A stretch of DNA of 64,000 nt from Nitrospira sp. (lineage in GTDB: Bacteria; Nitrospirota; Nitrospiria; Nitrospirales; Nitrospiraceae): positions 3,968,001 to 4,032,000 of the forward strand of contig AP038806.1 of NCBI GenBank assembly GCA_047150005.1, in the 5' to 3' direction. The notes under the pieces were generated by a model, which was not told the origin of the DNA, did not search any database, and was given only the letters and a program-made list of their open reading frames with translations. The translations under genes and the position numbers were made by a program. Below are positions 29,766 through 39,177 of the stretch, piece after piece. The number at the start of each line of letters is the position of its first letter. The stretch's first letter is position 1.

Positions 29766-29937
29766 AAAACCCTCCTTTCCTCAACGGCCACGTAGACTTA
29801 CGCTGCCGCGCCAGAACCCGGTTGATACCCTGCGCCGAATAAGGAATGATAAAAATAGGATGAAGAGGAAGGGACGGGGTCTTTGCCACGAAAAGAAGAA
29901 GCGCTCACGAGACCCATCTTGGTTACGAACCGCGGAG

Positions 29938-29967
29938 CATGTAACACAGGATTTTTGAACTTGTCAA
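29938..29967 (-). promoter_or_regulatory. Sigma70 promoter for csp, implying a ~165-nt 5' UTR
   Basis: TTGACA-18-TACATG with an extended TG; long leaders are typical of cspA. Confidence 0.55.
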
Positions 29968-30033
29968 GATAATCTTTGCCATCCTTTCGGACGAGAGCAT
30001 TCCAGCGTGCTCAATCCATCGCCGCCGCTTCGA

Positions 30034-30062
30034 TAGACAAGCCTCTGTGAGTCGCCTATAGT
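30034..30062 (+). promoter_or_regulatory. Sigma70 promoter for lptF
   Basis: TAGACA-17-TATAGT. Confidence 0.6.
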
Positions 30063-30091
30063 GTTCCCCCATTTCAGGAACGTCGTGCCCC

Positions 30092-31183
30092 ATGCTGCTT
30101 TCCAAGCTGCTCGACCGCTACATCTTCACCGAACTCCTGTCTCCCTTTCTGGTCAGCCTCGGCGCCCTCTGCTTTGTCATGTTGACGCGCGAATTGCTTC
30201 GACTGGTCGAGTTGCTCGTTTCCAAAGGCGTCGGTTTGTTCGCCGTCCTAAAGGTATTCGCCAACCTCCTTCCCTCTTTTCTCGTCCTGACTCTGCCGAT
30301 TGCAGGAATTATCGCCTCAATTACCGCCTTCGGCCGATTGTCGTTCGATAAGGAACTGGTCGCCATGCGGGCTGCCGGTCTCAGCCTGCTTCGGTTGGCA
30401 CGACCCGTGTTCCTGTTCGCGTTTTTGGTCTTCGTCCTGACCCTCTGGCTTGCCCAATGGGGGCAGCCCTGGAGTTCTACCAATCTCAAGAAAGTCGCGC
30501 TCAACCTGCTGCGCGACCAATTGGTGCTCGCACTGGAGCGAGGCACGTTCAACGAGCCGATTCCCAAAATGATGATCTATGTGTCGGACTTGGGAGACGA
30601 GGCGGCAGCCACCGGCATTTTTGTGTCGGACGAGCGCAATCCGGACGATCCACGGGTCATCGTGGCGCGGGGGTACCGTGTCTTCGTCGATGCGGCGACC
30701 AGCCAAGTCGCACTGCAGCTGCAAGACGGGGTCATTCACAGCCAACCGGACAAGATCGACGAATACCAGCAGATCGGGTTCTCCAGCTATGACTTGAAGC
30801 TGTCCCTCAATCAAAGCGGCTACACCTCCGCCGAAGAACGCCCCTCCTACGAAACGATCATGGCGCAGTTGCGGGAGTCCCAAGGACGCGATCCCTCGGC
30901 GCGCCGCCGGCTCATGGAATACTACAAGGATCTGGCATTTCCCACCGCTTCCCTGGTCTTTTGCATCCTGGGGGTGCCGGTAGGCATCGTCTCGAAGCGC
31001 TCCGGGCGCATCGGAGGTTTCGCGGTCGGAGTCCTGGTCGTCATCATCTACTACGTGCTGAACGTCGGCTGTGAATTTCTGGTCACGACCGACGCACTGT
31101 CTCCCTTCGCGGGCGCCTGGCTCCCGAACGGGATCTTTGCGCTCGTGACGGTGCTGTGGTTCTACAAAATGAGTCGGGAATAA
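30092..31183 (+). CDS. lptF: LPS export ABC permease LptF
   Basis: LDRYIFTEL, GRLSFDKELVAMRAAGLS; 3+3 TM layout with beta-jellyroll; AWLPN. Confidence 0.9.
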   Translation: MLLSKLLDRYIFTELLSPFLVSLGALCFVMLTRELLRLVELLVSKGVGLFAVLKVFANLLPSFLVLTLPIAGIIASITAFGRLSFDKELVAMRAAGLSLLRLARPVFLFAFLVFVLTLWLAQWGQPWSSTNLKKVALNLLRDQLVLALERGTFNEPIPKMMIYVSDLGDEAAATGIFVSDERNPDDPRVIVARGYRVFVDAATSQVALQLQDGVIHSQPDKIDEYQQIGFSSYDLKLSLNQSGYTSAEERPSYETIMAQLRESQGRDPSARRRLMEYYKDLAFPTASLVFCILGVPVGIVSKRSGRIGGFAVGVLVVIIYYVLNVGCEFLVTTDALSPFAGAWLPNGIFALVTVLWFYKMSRE

Positions 31184-31185
31184 CG

Positions 31186-32277
31186 ATGACCATCCTATTT
31201 CGTTATCTGCTGCGCGAGTATGCCAAGATCTTCGGCATGTGCTTTGCCGGCCTCATGACCATTTATCTCGTCATCGATTTCTTTGAGAAGGTCCGGCGGT
31301 TCCTCCGCTTTGACGCGAGTTGGTTGGACGTGCTCGGATACTTCGCCCTGAAGGTGCCGGCGATCTCCTACCAGATCGCTCCGCTGGCCATCCTCATGGC
31401 GACCCTGCTCACACTCGGTTTGTTGTCCCGCAGCCACGAAATCACGGCCATGCGGAGCTGCGGTATCAGCCTGCCGCGAATCACTTCCCCCTTTCACACC
31501 CTGGCCGTCGGGCTGGCCATGGTGCTGCTGCTATTCAGTTCGACCGTCATCCCTCTGGCTTCCAACAAGGCCGAGGAAATCCGCGCAATCCGCATCGAGA
31601 AAAAATCACCTTCGACGGCCTTGAGGCTGCCACAGCCGTGGGCGCGGATGGGCGCCGATACCATCCTGCACGTCAAAAGCGTCGCCGTGGGCGGCGGCAG
31701 CCTCAGCGGCGTCAGACTGTTTCACTTTGACCCTCACTTTCGCCTGATCGACATGACGGAAGCACAGGAAGCCCGGTATGTCGACCATGCCTGGACCTTG
31801 CATCAGGGATTCCGTCGGGCATTCCAGCCGGACGGCGCGATCCTTCTTGAACCGTTCGAGCACATGCCCGTGCCGTTGACGTTGATTCCGGAAGATTTCA
31901 CCACCTGGCTGGCCAGCGATTCCGAATCCATGACTTTCCGAGACATTCGCGAGCACACCACGCGCTTATATCACAACGGCTCTCAGATCACCCGATTGAA
32001 GACGGACTATTACGGACGGATCGCTTTCCCGTTCGTGACCATTATCATGGTCTTGGTCGGCATCGCGCTGAGCCTCCGCCGCAGCGGCACCCGAGGTGGC
32101 AGCATGGCGATCGGCATCGGACAGGCCTTGGTCATCGGATTTCTCTACTGGACCACACATTCCATTTCGATCGCGTTCGGACGAGGCGGAGCGATCCCTC
32201 CGATTGTGGCGGGATGGCTGACGAACGCGTTGTTTCTGAGTTACGGACTCTATCTCATGCTCAAGGTGCGTTACTGA
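31186..32277 (+). CDS. lptG: LPS export ABC permease LptG
   Basis: ILFRYLLREY, LSRSHEITAMRSCGIS, IAFPF, GWLTN; second YjgP/Q paralog. Confidence 0.9.
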   Translation: MTILFRYLLREYAKIFGMCFAGLMTIYLVIDFFEKVRRFLRFDASWLDVLGYFALKVPAISYQIAPLAILMATLLTLGLLSRSHEITAMRSCGISLPRITSPFHTLAVGLAMVLLLFSSTVIPLASNKAEEIRAIRIEKKSPSTALRLPQPWARMGADTILHVKSVAVGGGSLSGVRLFHFDPHFRLIDMTEAQEARYVDHAWTLHQGFRRAFQPDGAILLEPFEHMPVPLTLIPEDFTTWLASDSESMTFRDIREHTTRLYHNGSQITRLKTDYYGRIAFPFVTIIMVLVGIALSLRRSGTRGGSMAIGIGQALVIGFLYWTTHSISIAFGRGGAIPPIVAGWLTNALFLSYGLYLMLKVRY

Positions 32278-32426
32278 GGATAGGACCGATTTGATCCCTC
32301 TTGTCTATCCTTCGCCTCGGAAAGCCTGCGGATTTTGCAACCCGCCGGGCCGCCAAGACGGGTTGACTCATCCTAACGCTTCCGGTAAGAACTGAGGCGG
32401 CGAACAATCCGATCGAAGGGACCTGC

Positions 32427-33683
32427 ATGAAGGCTCGCGTAGTTGTGACAGGATTGGGAATCGTTTCTCCGATCGGCATCGGAGTCAGCGAATTCTGGAA
32501 ATCCGCGCTCGACGGCCGGTCCGGTATCTCGGCTATTTCCGGGTTCGACCCCTTTCCGATGGACGGCTATCGGTCGAAGGTCGCCGGTCAAGTGCGGGAG
32601 TTTTCTCCTGAGCGATACCTCGAACCTCAGTACGCCGACCGGGTCGATCGCTACGCACAGTTTGCGCTCGTGGCCGCCAAAGAGGCTCTTGCCGATTCGG
32701 GGGTGACCATGAGCAAGGAAAATCCCCATCGAGTGGGTGTCATCGTCGGCGCGGGGATGGGTGGCATGGTCATGGGAGAACGAGAGATCACCCAGCTGTA
32801 CCAGCAGCAGCGGCCGCATCGGGTGCACCCCAATTTTATCCCCGTGATCACACTCAACAGCGCGTCGGGTATCGTCGCCATGGCCAGTGGGGCCAAAGGT
32901 CCGAACGTGACGATCTCCACGGCCTGTTCGTCCAGCGCCCATGCTTTGGGCCAGGCGTTGCATTGTATCCGCGAAGGCCGCGCGGACGTCCTCATCGTCG
33001 TCGGCGCCGACGCGAGCATCACCCCGCTCGTGTTCGCCGGATTCTGCTCGCTGCGAGCCCTCTCGACCAAATATAACGATCAGCCGGAAAAGGCCTCGCG
33101 CCCGTTCGATCTGGGACGGGACGGATTCGTCATGGGCGAGGGAGCCGGCGCCCTCATCGTGGAGTCGCTGGTCCATGCCAAGAAACGCAAGGCCAGAATC
33201 TATGCCGAAGTCGCCGGCTACGCCGCAACCAGCGAAGCCTATCATATGGTGATTCCACGCGAGGACGGCGAGGAGGTCGCCACGACCATGCGTCTCGCTC
33301 TGGCGGATGCGGGAGCAACGACGGCCCAGGTCGACTATGTCAACGCCCACGCGACTTCGACCTCGATCGGTGATGCCGTAGAATCCAAGGCCTTACGCCA
33401 GCTCTTCAGGTCGCGGGCCGACAAGATTGCCATCAGCGCCACCAAGTCGCTGGTCGGCCATACTCTGGGCGCGGCTGGCGCGATCGGAGGGATCGCCACC
33501 GTCCTGACGATTCACACAGGACAGATACACCCCACCGCGAACTATGACGATCCGGATCCGGCCTGCGCATTGCCGGGCATCAGCCGTGCGTCACAAGAGC
33601 GGAAGGTCAAGATGGCGCTGCTCAATGCCTTCGGCTTCGGCAGTAACAATGCCGCGGTCGTACTGAAACGGTACGCTGCCTAA
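32427..33683 (+). CDS. fabF: Beta-ketoacyl-ACP synthase II
   Basis: RVVVTGLG, TACSSS (Cys), SRPFD..RDGFVMGEG, NAHATST, KSLVGHTLGAAG, NAFGFG. Confidence 0.93.
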   Translation: MKARVVVTGLGIVSPIGIGVSEFWKSALDGRSGISAISGFDPFPMDGYRSKVAGQVREFSPERYLEPQYADRVDRYAQFALVAAKEALADSGVTMSKENPHRVGVIVGAGMGGMVMGEREITQLYQQQRPHRVHPNFIPVITLNSASGIVAMASGAKGPNVTISTACSSSAHALGQALHCIREGRADVLIVVGADASITPLVFAGFCSLRALSTKYNDQPEKASRPFDLGRDGFVMGEGAGALIVESLVHAKKRKARIYAEVAGYAATSEAYHMVIPREDGEEVATTMRLALADAGATTAQVDYVNAHATSTSIGDAVESKALRQLFRSRADKIAISATKSLVGHTLGAAGAIGGIATVLTIHTGQIHPTANYDDPDPACALPGISRASQERKVKMALLNAFGFGSNNAAVVLKRYAA

Positions 33684-33733
33684 ACGAGATTCGTGCTCGG
33701 GACAGCGATGTCGAACCTGATGGAGTGACGGAC

Positions 33734-34033
33734 ATGAGTGACCGTGTCGTGGTCGAAAAAATCATTGCCGCTCTGGGTGAGTATCTGCGGCGAGACCCCG
33801 CGACCATCCAGGAGAACTATCACCTTCGAGACGATCTCGGCTTGGATTCCATGGCGGTCATTGAATTGCTGTACAAGATCGAAGAGACCTTCAACATTCA
33901 GATTCCCGACGAAGACCTGGTCGGGTTGACGACGGTCGGTTCCGTCGCCCGGTACGTGGAACATCGTCTGGTGCCTGCCAAACCCGTCGTATCGGCGTCG
34001 GCAAAAGCCAAGACGAAAAAAAATAAAGGCTGA
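33734..34033 (+). CDS. Acyl carrier protein with basic C-terminal tail
   Basis: DDLGLDSMAVIELLYKIEETFNIQIPDED (phosphopantetheine Ser). Confidence 0.93.
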   Translation: MSDRVVVEKIIAALGEYLRRDPATIQENYHLRDDLGLDSMAVIELLYKIEETFNIQIPDEDLVGLTTVGSVARYVEHRLVPAKPVVSASAKAKTKKNKG

Positions 34034-34042
34034 CGCAGACCT

Positions 34043-35155
34043 ATGGCTCTTCCGATCGTTTCGAAGCCGATCCTGCTCTCTGAAATTCATCAAGCCATCG
34101 GCGGGAGCCTGCACGGCGATGGAACCGTCGCATTGTCGGCCCTCGCCTCGCTGAATGAGGCCGCACCGCACGCTTTATCTTTCGTCCTCAACGACAAAGC
34201 GCTGAAAGGTTCCCAAGAGATCCGTGCGGGAGCCCTTCTGGTCCATCGGTCTATCCCTGAACTGCAGATTCCCCACATCGTCGTGCCGAATCCCATGCTG
34301 GCTTTGGCCCAGGTCGCTCAACGATTTTTCGTACGACCGTACACGGCACAAGGCATTGCGACTGAAGTGATCCGGGGTAAGGACGTCCGTATCGGCACGG
34401 ATCCCTCCATTTGGCCCTTCGTTACCCTCGGAGACGGGGTCACGCTGGGAGCCCGGGTGACGCTGTATCCGGGAGTTTTCGTCGGCGCAGGTTCCACCAT
34501 CGGTGACGACAGTCTGATCTATCCCAATGTGGTGATTCGCGAAGGCTGCACGATCGGCAAGCGAGTGATCATTCACAGCGGAACGGTCATCGGGTCGGAC
34601 GGGTTCGGTTATGTCCAACATGAGGGGCGGCATCACAAGATTCCCCAGCTCGGCGGTGTCACCATCGAAGATGACGTCGAACTCGGCGCCAACGTCTCCA
34701 TCGATCGTGCAACCCTTGGCCAGACGCTCATTCGAAAGGGAACCAAGGTCGACAACCTGGTGCAAATCGCTCACAACGTGACGATCGGTGAACACGCCAT
34801 TCTCGTCGCCCAGGTGGGGATTGCCGGAAGTTCGACCGTCGGCCGCCACGTCATGATCGGTGGTCAAGCCGGTCTCGCCGATCACATTCAGATCGGCGAC
34901 CAGGTGATGATCGCCGCGCGGGCAGGCGTCAATCGCAATATCGAATCCAACCAGATCGTATCCGGAGCTCCGGTCATGCCCCATGAAACCTGGATGAAAG
35001 CCCAGGCAGTGATTCCTCGACTTCCGGAGTTGCGGCAATTGGTCCGAGGGCTGGAAGCGCGCGTGGCTTTCTTGGAGGAACAGGCCGCGAAGACAGGGAG
35101 CACTCGAACCAAAGCCAAGTCTTTGCGCAAAACGGCCGCCAGAACCACCCGTTGA
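34043..35155 (+). CDS. lpxD: UDP-3-O-(3-hydroxyacyl)glucosamine N-acyltransferase
   Basis: Hexapeptide repeats, IGSDGFGY, KIPQLGGV, DRAT, KVDNLVQIAHN. Confidence 0.96.
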   Translation: MALPIVSKPILLSEIHQAIGGSLHGDGTVALSALASLNEAAPHALSFVLNDKALKGSQEIRAGALLVHRSIPELQIPHIVVPNPMLALAQVAQRFFVRPYTAQGIATEVIRGKDVRIGTDPSIWPFVTLGDGVTLGARVTLYPGVFVGAGSTIGDDSLIYPNVVIREGCTIGKRVIIHSGTVIGSDGFGYVQHEGRHHKIPQLGGVTIEDDVELGANVSIDRATLGQTLIRKGTKVDNLVQIAHNVTIGEHAILVAQVGIAGSSTVGRHVMIGGQAGLADHIQIGDQVMIAARAGVNRNIESNQIVSGAPVMPHETWMKAQAVIPRLPELRQLVRGLEARVAFLEEQAAKTGSTRTKAKSLRKTAARTTR

Positions 35156-35161
35156 CTCGGG

Positions 35162-35683
35162 CTAGTGGACGACTCCCCGCCAGAGCAATAGTTTCCCCCA
35201 ATAAAATCCAGCCCACGGCATGAGCACCGCAGGAATCAGGTCAACCACCCCGTGTTGAAACGCCAAAACCGAACCGGTCAACAAGAGTCCTGCTCCGACG
35301 ATATATCCCAGCGGCACCAGTGCTCGCCCCGGGTGCCGGATATCCTCGTGTTCGGCATGGGTTCTTCCCTTCTTACTCGGCTTGCCCACAACAGCCCGCA
35401 TCCGCGCGGCAAACACCTCCGGAACCGTGGACAGGAGATGGCGATGATACAGGGTTTGGGCCGCGCCGCACAGACCTCCAAGGACCAAGAGCCCGGAGCT
35501 GACGACAAAGGTATTCCACGTATAGGATTCCCCGGTGACGAATTGATAGCCAAGCCCGCCGATTCCGCCGAGCATACAGACCAGTCCGAGTATCCCGGAA
35601 GGAAGCAGAATATACGATCGGACATAGTGCTTGGCCTGGGAAACGATGTCGTCCTTGCGCCATACCGTCACAAGTTTTGGCAC
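35162..35683 (-). CDS. Hypothetical 4-TM membrane protein
   Basis: AAGGAG SD before GTG; four hydrophobic segments. Confidence 0.72.
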   Translation of the reverse strand: MPKLVTVWRKDDIVSQAKHYVRSYILLPSGILGLVCMLGGIGGLGYQFVTGESYTWNTFVVSSGLLVLGGLCGAAQTLYHRHLLSTVPEVFAARMRAVVGKPSKKGRTHAEHEDIRHPGRALVPLGYIVGAGLLLTGSVLAFQHGVVDLIPAVLMPWAGFYWGKLLLWRGVVH

Positions 35684-35998
35684 GCGCGGATACTCCTTTC
35701 TCTGAACGAGAATAGACCGGCAAGGGAGCCGCCATCATAGCATCCCTAATCCAAGCGATGCATGAGCAGCGGCCCGCATTTTGATCGATCAGCGGAGAAT
35801 CGCCGGATAGACACCAGTCTACTCGGACGACGAGCGAGCGGACACGGGTGAGGACCGAGGGACTTTCAGAACAATTTTGGCAGCGGATGGCGATGACGGA
35901 GAAACGATAAATCACATACGTGTCATTCCCGATGGATCGACCTGTTAAGCGGTGAAGCCTGTGAAGAAGTCAAGAGGCAGCAGGACGAGGGATACGCC

Positions 35999-38110
35999 TC
36001 ATGCGGGAAGAATGTCCGCGATCGCTGCACGACCCACCCGCCCGATGGTCACCCACTGTTCCGCCATCGGCACCAGCGCCCGGATGCGGCCCTCCAAGGC
36101 GGTCAGGCGTGTGGGGACGCTACCGGTCTGGCGATACGCGACCACCAAGAGAAAGGATCGTAACCCTTGCAGGATCATCGTAATCATCCCCGCCTGCACA
36201 CGATCCGCGATGGCATGCAACGCCTCGACTTGTTCGATCACCGGATCGAGTTGCGAGGCCGTGACAAAATCTTCCATGCCCACCTCTTGCAGATCAGTCA
36301 GGGCCCGGATCATGACGGGAACACGGCGTCGCACCTCTTCTAGAAACGCTTCGTCGGCACGGTCTTGCGCGGTTAAGATCTCGCGCACAACCTGCACCGT
36401 CAGCTCGCCCGCCTTGTCCTCGGCATCATGGATGATGGCTTCCAACACATCTCTGGTCGGTTGAATGGAACGCGATCGGACGTGTTGAAGATCCCGCAGA
36501 GCGGTGAGGAGCGTATGGCCTGATACTGCCGCACCAGTCGTCTGTACCACCTCCTCGGCTCCCCTCTCTCGCGTCTCTACCTCTTCGGGGACAGGTATCT
36601 CCTCGACAAGAGAAGGCTCTGCCGTCTCGCACTGGGGCCTCATGGCGTCAAGCACTCCCGACGGCGGCTCTCCCGCAGCCTGACGCACCGCATCGGCTAT
36701 ACGATCGAGGCCCGCTTGAAGGGACACAAGAGCCGCTTCCATCGACCGGGGTTCTCGCCTTCCCGCATCATGCAGGATCGGAAGCAGACTCGTCGCCATC
36801 CGTTCGATGGCGCGCTGATGAACGGTCGCGGCCGACTTGGCCAGGTTCGTCAGCGCCTGCAGGATAATCCCGTACAGCTTCGATTTGAGCTCCTGGTTGA
36901 CTCTGTCGCCCAGCTGCCGCAGCGCTGCATGGATTTGTGCGAGCCATTCGCGTGCTTCCAATGCAAAAAGGCCGATCACCTCGTTGTCGAGCGGTGCTTC
37001 GGATCGCTCCGGTGACGGAATCACATCGGGCGACACCGGTGTGTTCGAATGAGGCTGTTCGATGGTTCCCGCCCGGATCGGGACGCCACGGGTCGCCACC
37101 ACACCCTGAATGGCATTCGCGATGGCGTCCAGACTCTCCAAGAGCGAAGAAAACTGAGCGGAGACCGAAGGGACCGATTGCGATCGTCGTTCCTCTGTCC
37201 GACCTGGCGGAAACTGGATACGCGTCACATCCGGCGGTTCGACGGTTTCGATCACGGAGACCAGCGGCTGTCGACTGAGATCCAGCAGTCGACGATCCGG
37301 TCCACCGTTCTGAACGACTCCCCTTCCAACCTCAACGACAGGGCGAAGCGGAAAATGCGCATTGATCTGAACGACTGTACCGACCTCCCCAGTGGTCAGG
37401 CGAACCAATGTTCCCAGCGGATAGGCGGATAGTTGCTCGACCAACGCTTTGACGACCTCACGGGGAAAGGCCGTTCGCTCGGCCACGATCAATTCCCTAA
37501 CCGCTTCGTGCGGAAAGAAACGCCGACGATAGGGCCGAGGCGTTACGAGGGCGTCGAACACGTCGAGCACACCGATGATTTGAGCCAATTCGCTGATGTT
37601 TCTCCCCTTCAGTTTATTGGGATATCCTTGTCCATTCCATCGCTCATGAGCCTGTCGCACCACCAACGCGAGCCATCCCCACTCAGGACCGACTTTGCGA
37701 ATCAATTGATACCCCAGTTCGGGATGCTGCTCGATCAACGTCCGCTCATCGCCGGTCAGGCGACCCGCTTTGGCTACGACGGATTGCGGGACCGCGAACA
37801 GCCCGATATCGTGGACCAAGGCAGCGAGCACCAACTGCCGCAATTCCTTCCCGTAATAGCCAAGCCCGGCTCCGACTTTTGCGCTGAGGATGCTGACGTT
37901 GACGAGATTGGTGACCAGCGGGGGACCTGCCGGACCAGCCAACGCATGAATGACCAGTTGGTCGTCGTCATTCACAGTCTCCGCAATGGAAACGGCCAGA
38001 TCAGAAAGACTTACGAGATCAGGTGCTTCCCGCCGTTGAACCGCAGCAGCGACGGCGCCCAATTGTTGTTCGGCGCTCCGATACAGATCTGCACTGCGAC
38101 GCTCTTCCAT
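35999..38110 (-). CDS. HD-GYP domain protein (several metal ligands substituted) fused to two His-less Hpt-like domains
   Basis: LVHDIG, HPELG, AHERWNGQGYP, DVFDAL..RPYR; C-terminal VIGLFALEAREWLAQI...LTNLAKSAA. Confidence 0.88.
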   Translation of the reverse strand: MEERRSADLYRSAEQQLGAVAAAVQRREAPDLVSLSDLAVSIAETVNDDDQLVIHALAGPAGPPLVTNLVNVSILSAKVGAGLGYYGKELRQLVLAALVHDIGLFAVPQSVVAKAGRLTGDERTLIEQHPELGYQLIRKVGPEWGWLALVVRQAHERWNGQGYPNKLKGRNISELAQIIGVLDVFDALVTPRPYRRRFFPHEAVRELIVAERTAFPREVVKALVEQLSAYPLGTLVRLTTGEVGTVVQINAHFPLRPVVEVGRGVVQNGGPDRRLLDLSRQPLVSVIETVEPPDVTRIQFPPGRTEERRSQSVPSVSAQFSSLLESLDAIANAIQGVVATRGVPIRAGTIEQPHSNTPVSPDVIPSPERSEAPLDNEVIGLFALEAREWLAQIHAALRQLGDRVNQELKSKLYGIILQALTNLAKSAATVHQRAIERMATSLLPILHDAGRREPRSMEAALVSLQAGLDRIADAVRQAAGEPPSGVLDAMRPQCETAEPSLVEEIPVPEEVETRERGAEEVVQTTGAAVSGHTLLTALRDLQHVRSRSIQPTRDVLEAIIHDAEDKAGELTVQVVREILTAQDRADEAFLEEVRRRVPVMIRALTDLQEVGMEDFVTASQLDPVIEQVEALHAIADRVQAGMITMILQGLRSFLLVVAYRQTGSVPTRLTALEGRIRALVPMAEQWVTIGRVGRAAIADILPA

Positions 38111-38202
38111 ACTTCCCATTCTAGCGGAGCCTCACCATACCTGTCTCTCGTGGGCCGAAAGAGCTGCCAGATTCCCGCTCCGGCCCGTCAGCATTGCCGA
38201 AA

Positions 38203-39123
38203 TCACGATAGCGCTTGCCCGATGGCGGTTCGTTCCGCTCTTCTCTGATCCGCCCATTGATGCATCATCGCCCTCACGGCTTCTAAGCGAGCCGCGATCG
38301 CATCAACCCGCCCCGCGGCCAACCGGATGTGGTACCGCACGGTCACCGACAGCAAACTATGCAGCCCGGAAAAGAACGAGGTTACCTGTATGGCATTGAG
38401 ATTCTGAGCCTCTGTGCGCAACTGCGCCACGCTCTCCAGACAAGGTTCCGCCGCCGCGCTCGACGACGATTCCACCATCGACGAGAGCTGTGCCGTCAGG
38501 TTTGGCACCGCGGCGTCCAAGGTGTGCATGAAGGCGTCCTCCGAATCGGACAGGCGCTGGAGATAGTCCTGAACGGCGTCAACCTCGACCTGCTGCACTC
38601 CAGCCTTGATCTGCGCCTCCATCTGATCGATCATCGTTCTGACGATATTCCGTTCCGATGCGCTGATCTCCTCTTGTGACGCCTGGAGTCGGCGCAATGC
38701 CTGCAGAAATTCTTCCGGCGATACGGTGCGTGGTGTCGTTCCCTGACTCTCCGAGCTATCTTGGGCCTCGAACGATACGCCCGTGGCGCGCGTCAACGCG
38801 ACATGAATTTGCCCCAGCTGTTTGCACAGTGAAAGGAAATCTTGAACGGAAAACGACTTGAGGGGATCCTTGAGTGCCTCGATGAATGGAATCGCAGCGA
38901 AACTGGCTTGTTCGACTTCGGGGAGGTTGATCGTCGCGGCGGATCCGCCGAGGTTGGTCACGCCGCCAGCGAGTATGCCGATCAGCGTCTCGTGGCGTTC
39001 CGGAACCGGCCCCTGTTGCAGCTCATCCAGCGCCACATGGATATTTTGTAGCCATTCCTGAGCCTCTTGAACAAACAGGTCGACGAGTTCTTTCTGGAAG
39101 TCGTCCGAGGTATCCCCCGCCAT
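38203..39123 (-). CDS. Hpt-like protein lacking the phospho-His (Thr instead)
   Basis: ELVDLFVQEAQEWLQNI...GVTNLGGSAATI aligns to CheA P1 AHTLKGSA. Confidence 0.8.
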   Translation of the reverse strand: MAGDTSDDFQKELVDLFVQEAQEWLQNIHVALDELQQGPVPERHETLIGILAGGVTNLGGSAATINLPEVEQASFAAIPFIEALKDPLKSFSVQDFLSLCKQLGQIHVALTRATGVSFEAQDSSESQGTTPRTVSPEEFLQALRRLQASQEEISASERNIVRTMIDQMEAQIKAGVQQVEVDAVQDYLQRLSDSEDAFMHTLDAAVPNLTAQLSSMVESSSSAAAEPCLESVAQLRTEAQNLNAIQVTSFFSGLHSLLSVTVRYHIRLAAGRVDAIAARLEAVRAMMHQWADQRRAERTAIGQALS

Positions 39124-39177
39124 GAATCCAGCCCCTCGCGCATACTGCCGGTCACCATCGATGAGGATCGCGTGCGA

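Noticed and set aside
35690..35998. About 310-bp intergenic gap, checked for an ncRNA or c-di-GMP riboswitch
   Set aside because: No conserved riboswitch motifs recognisable by eye; a covariance-model search would be needed
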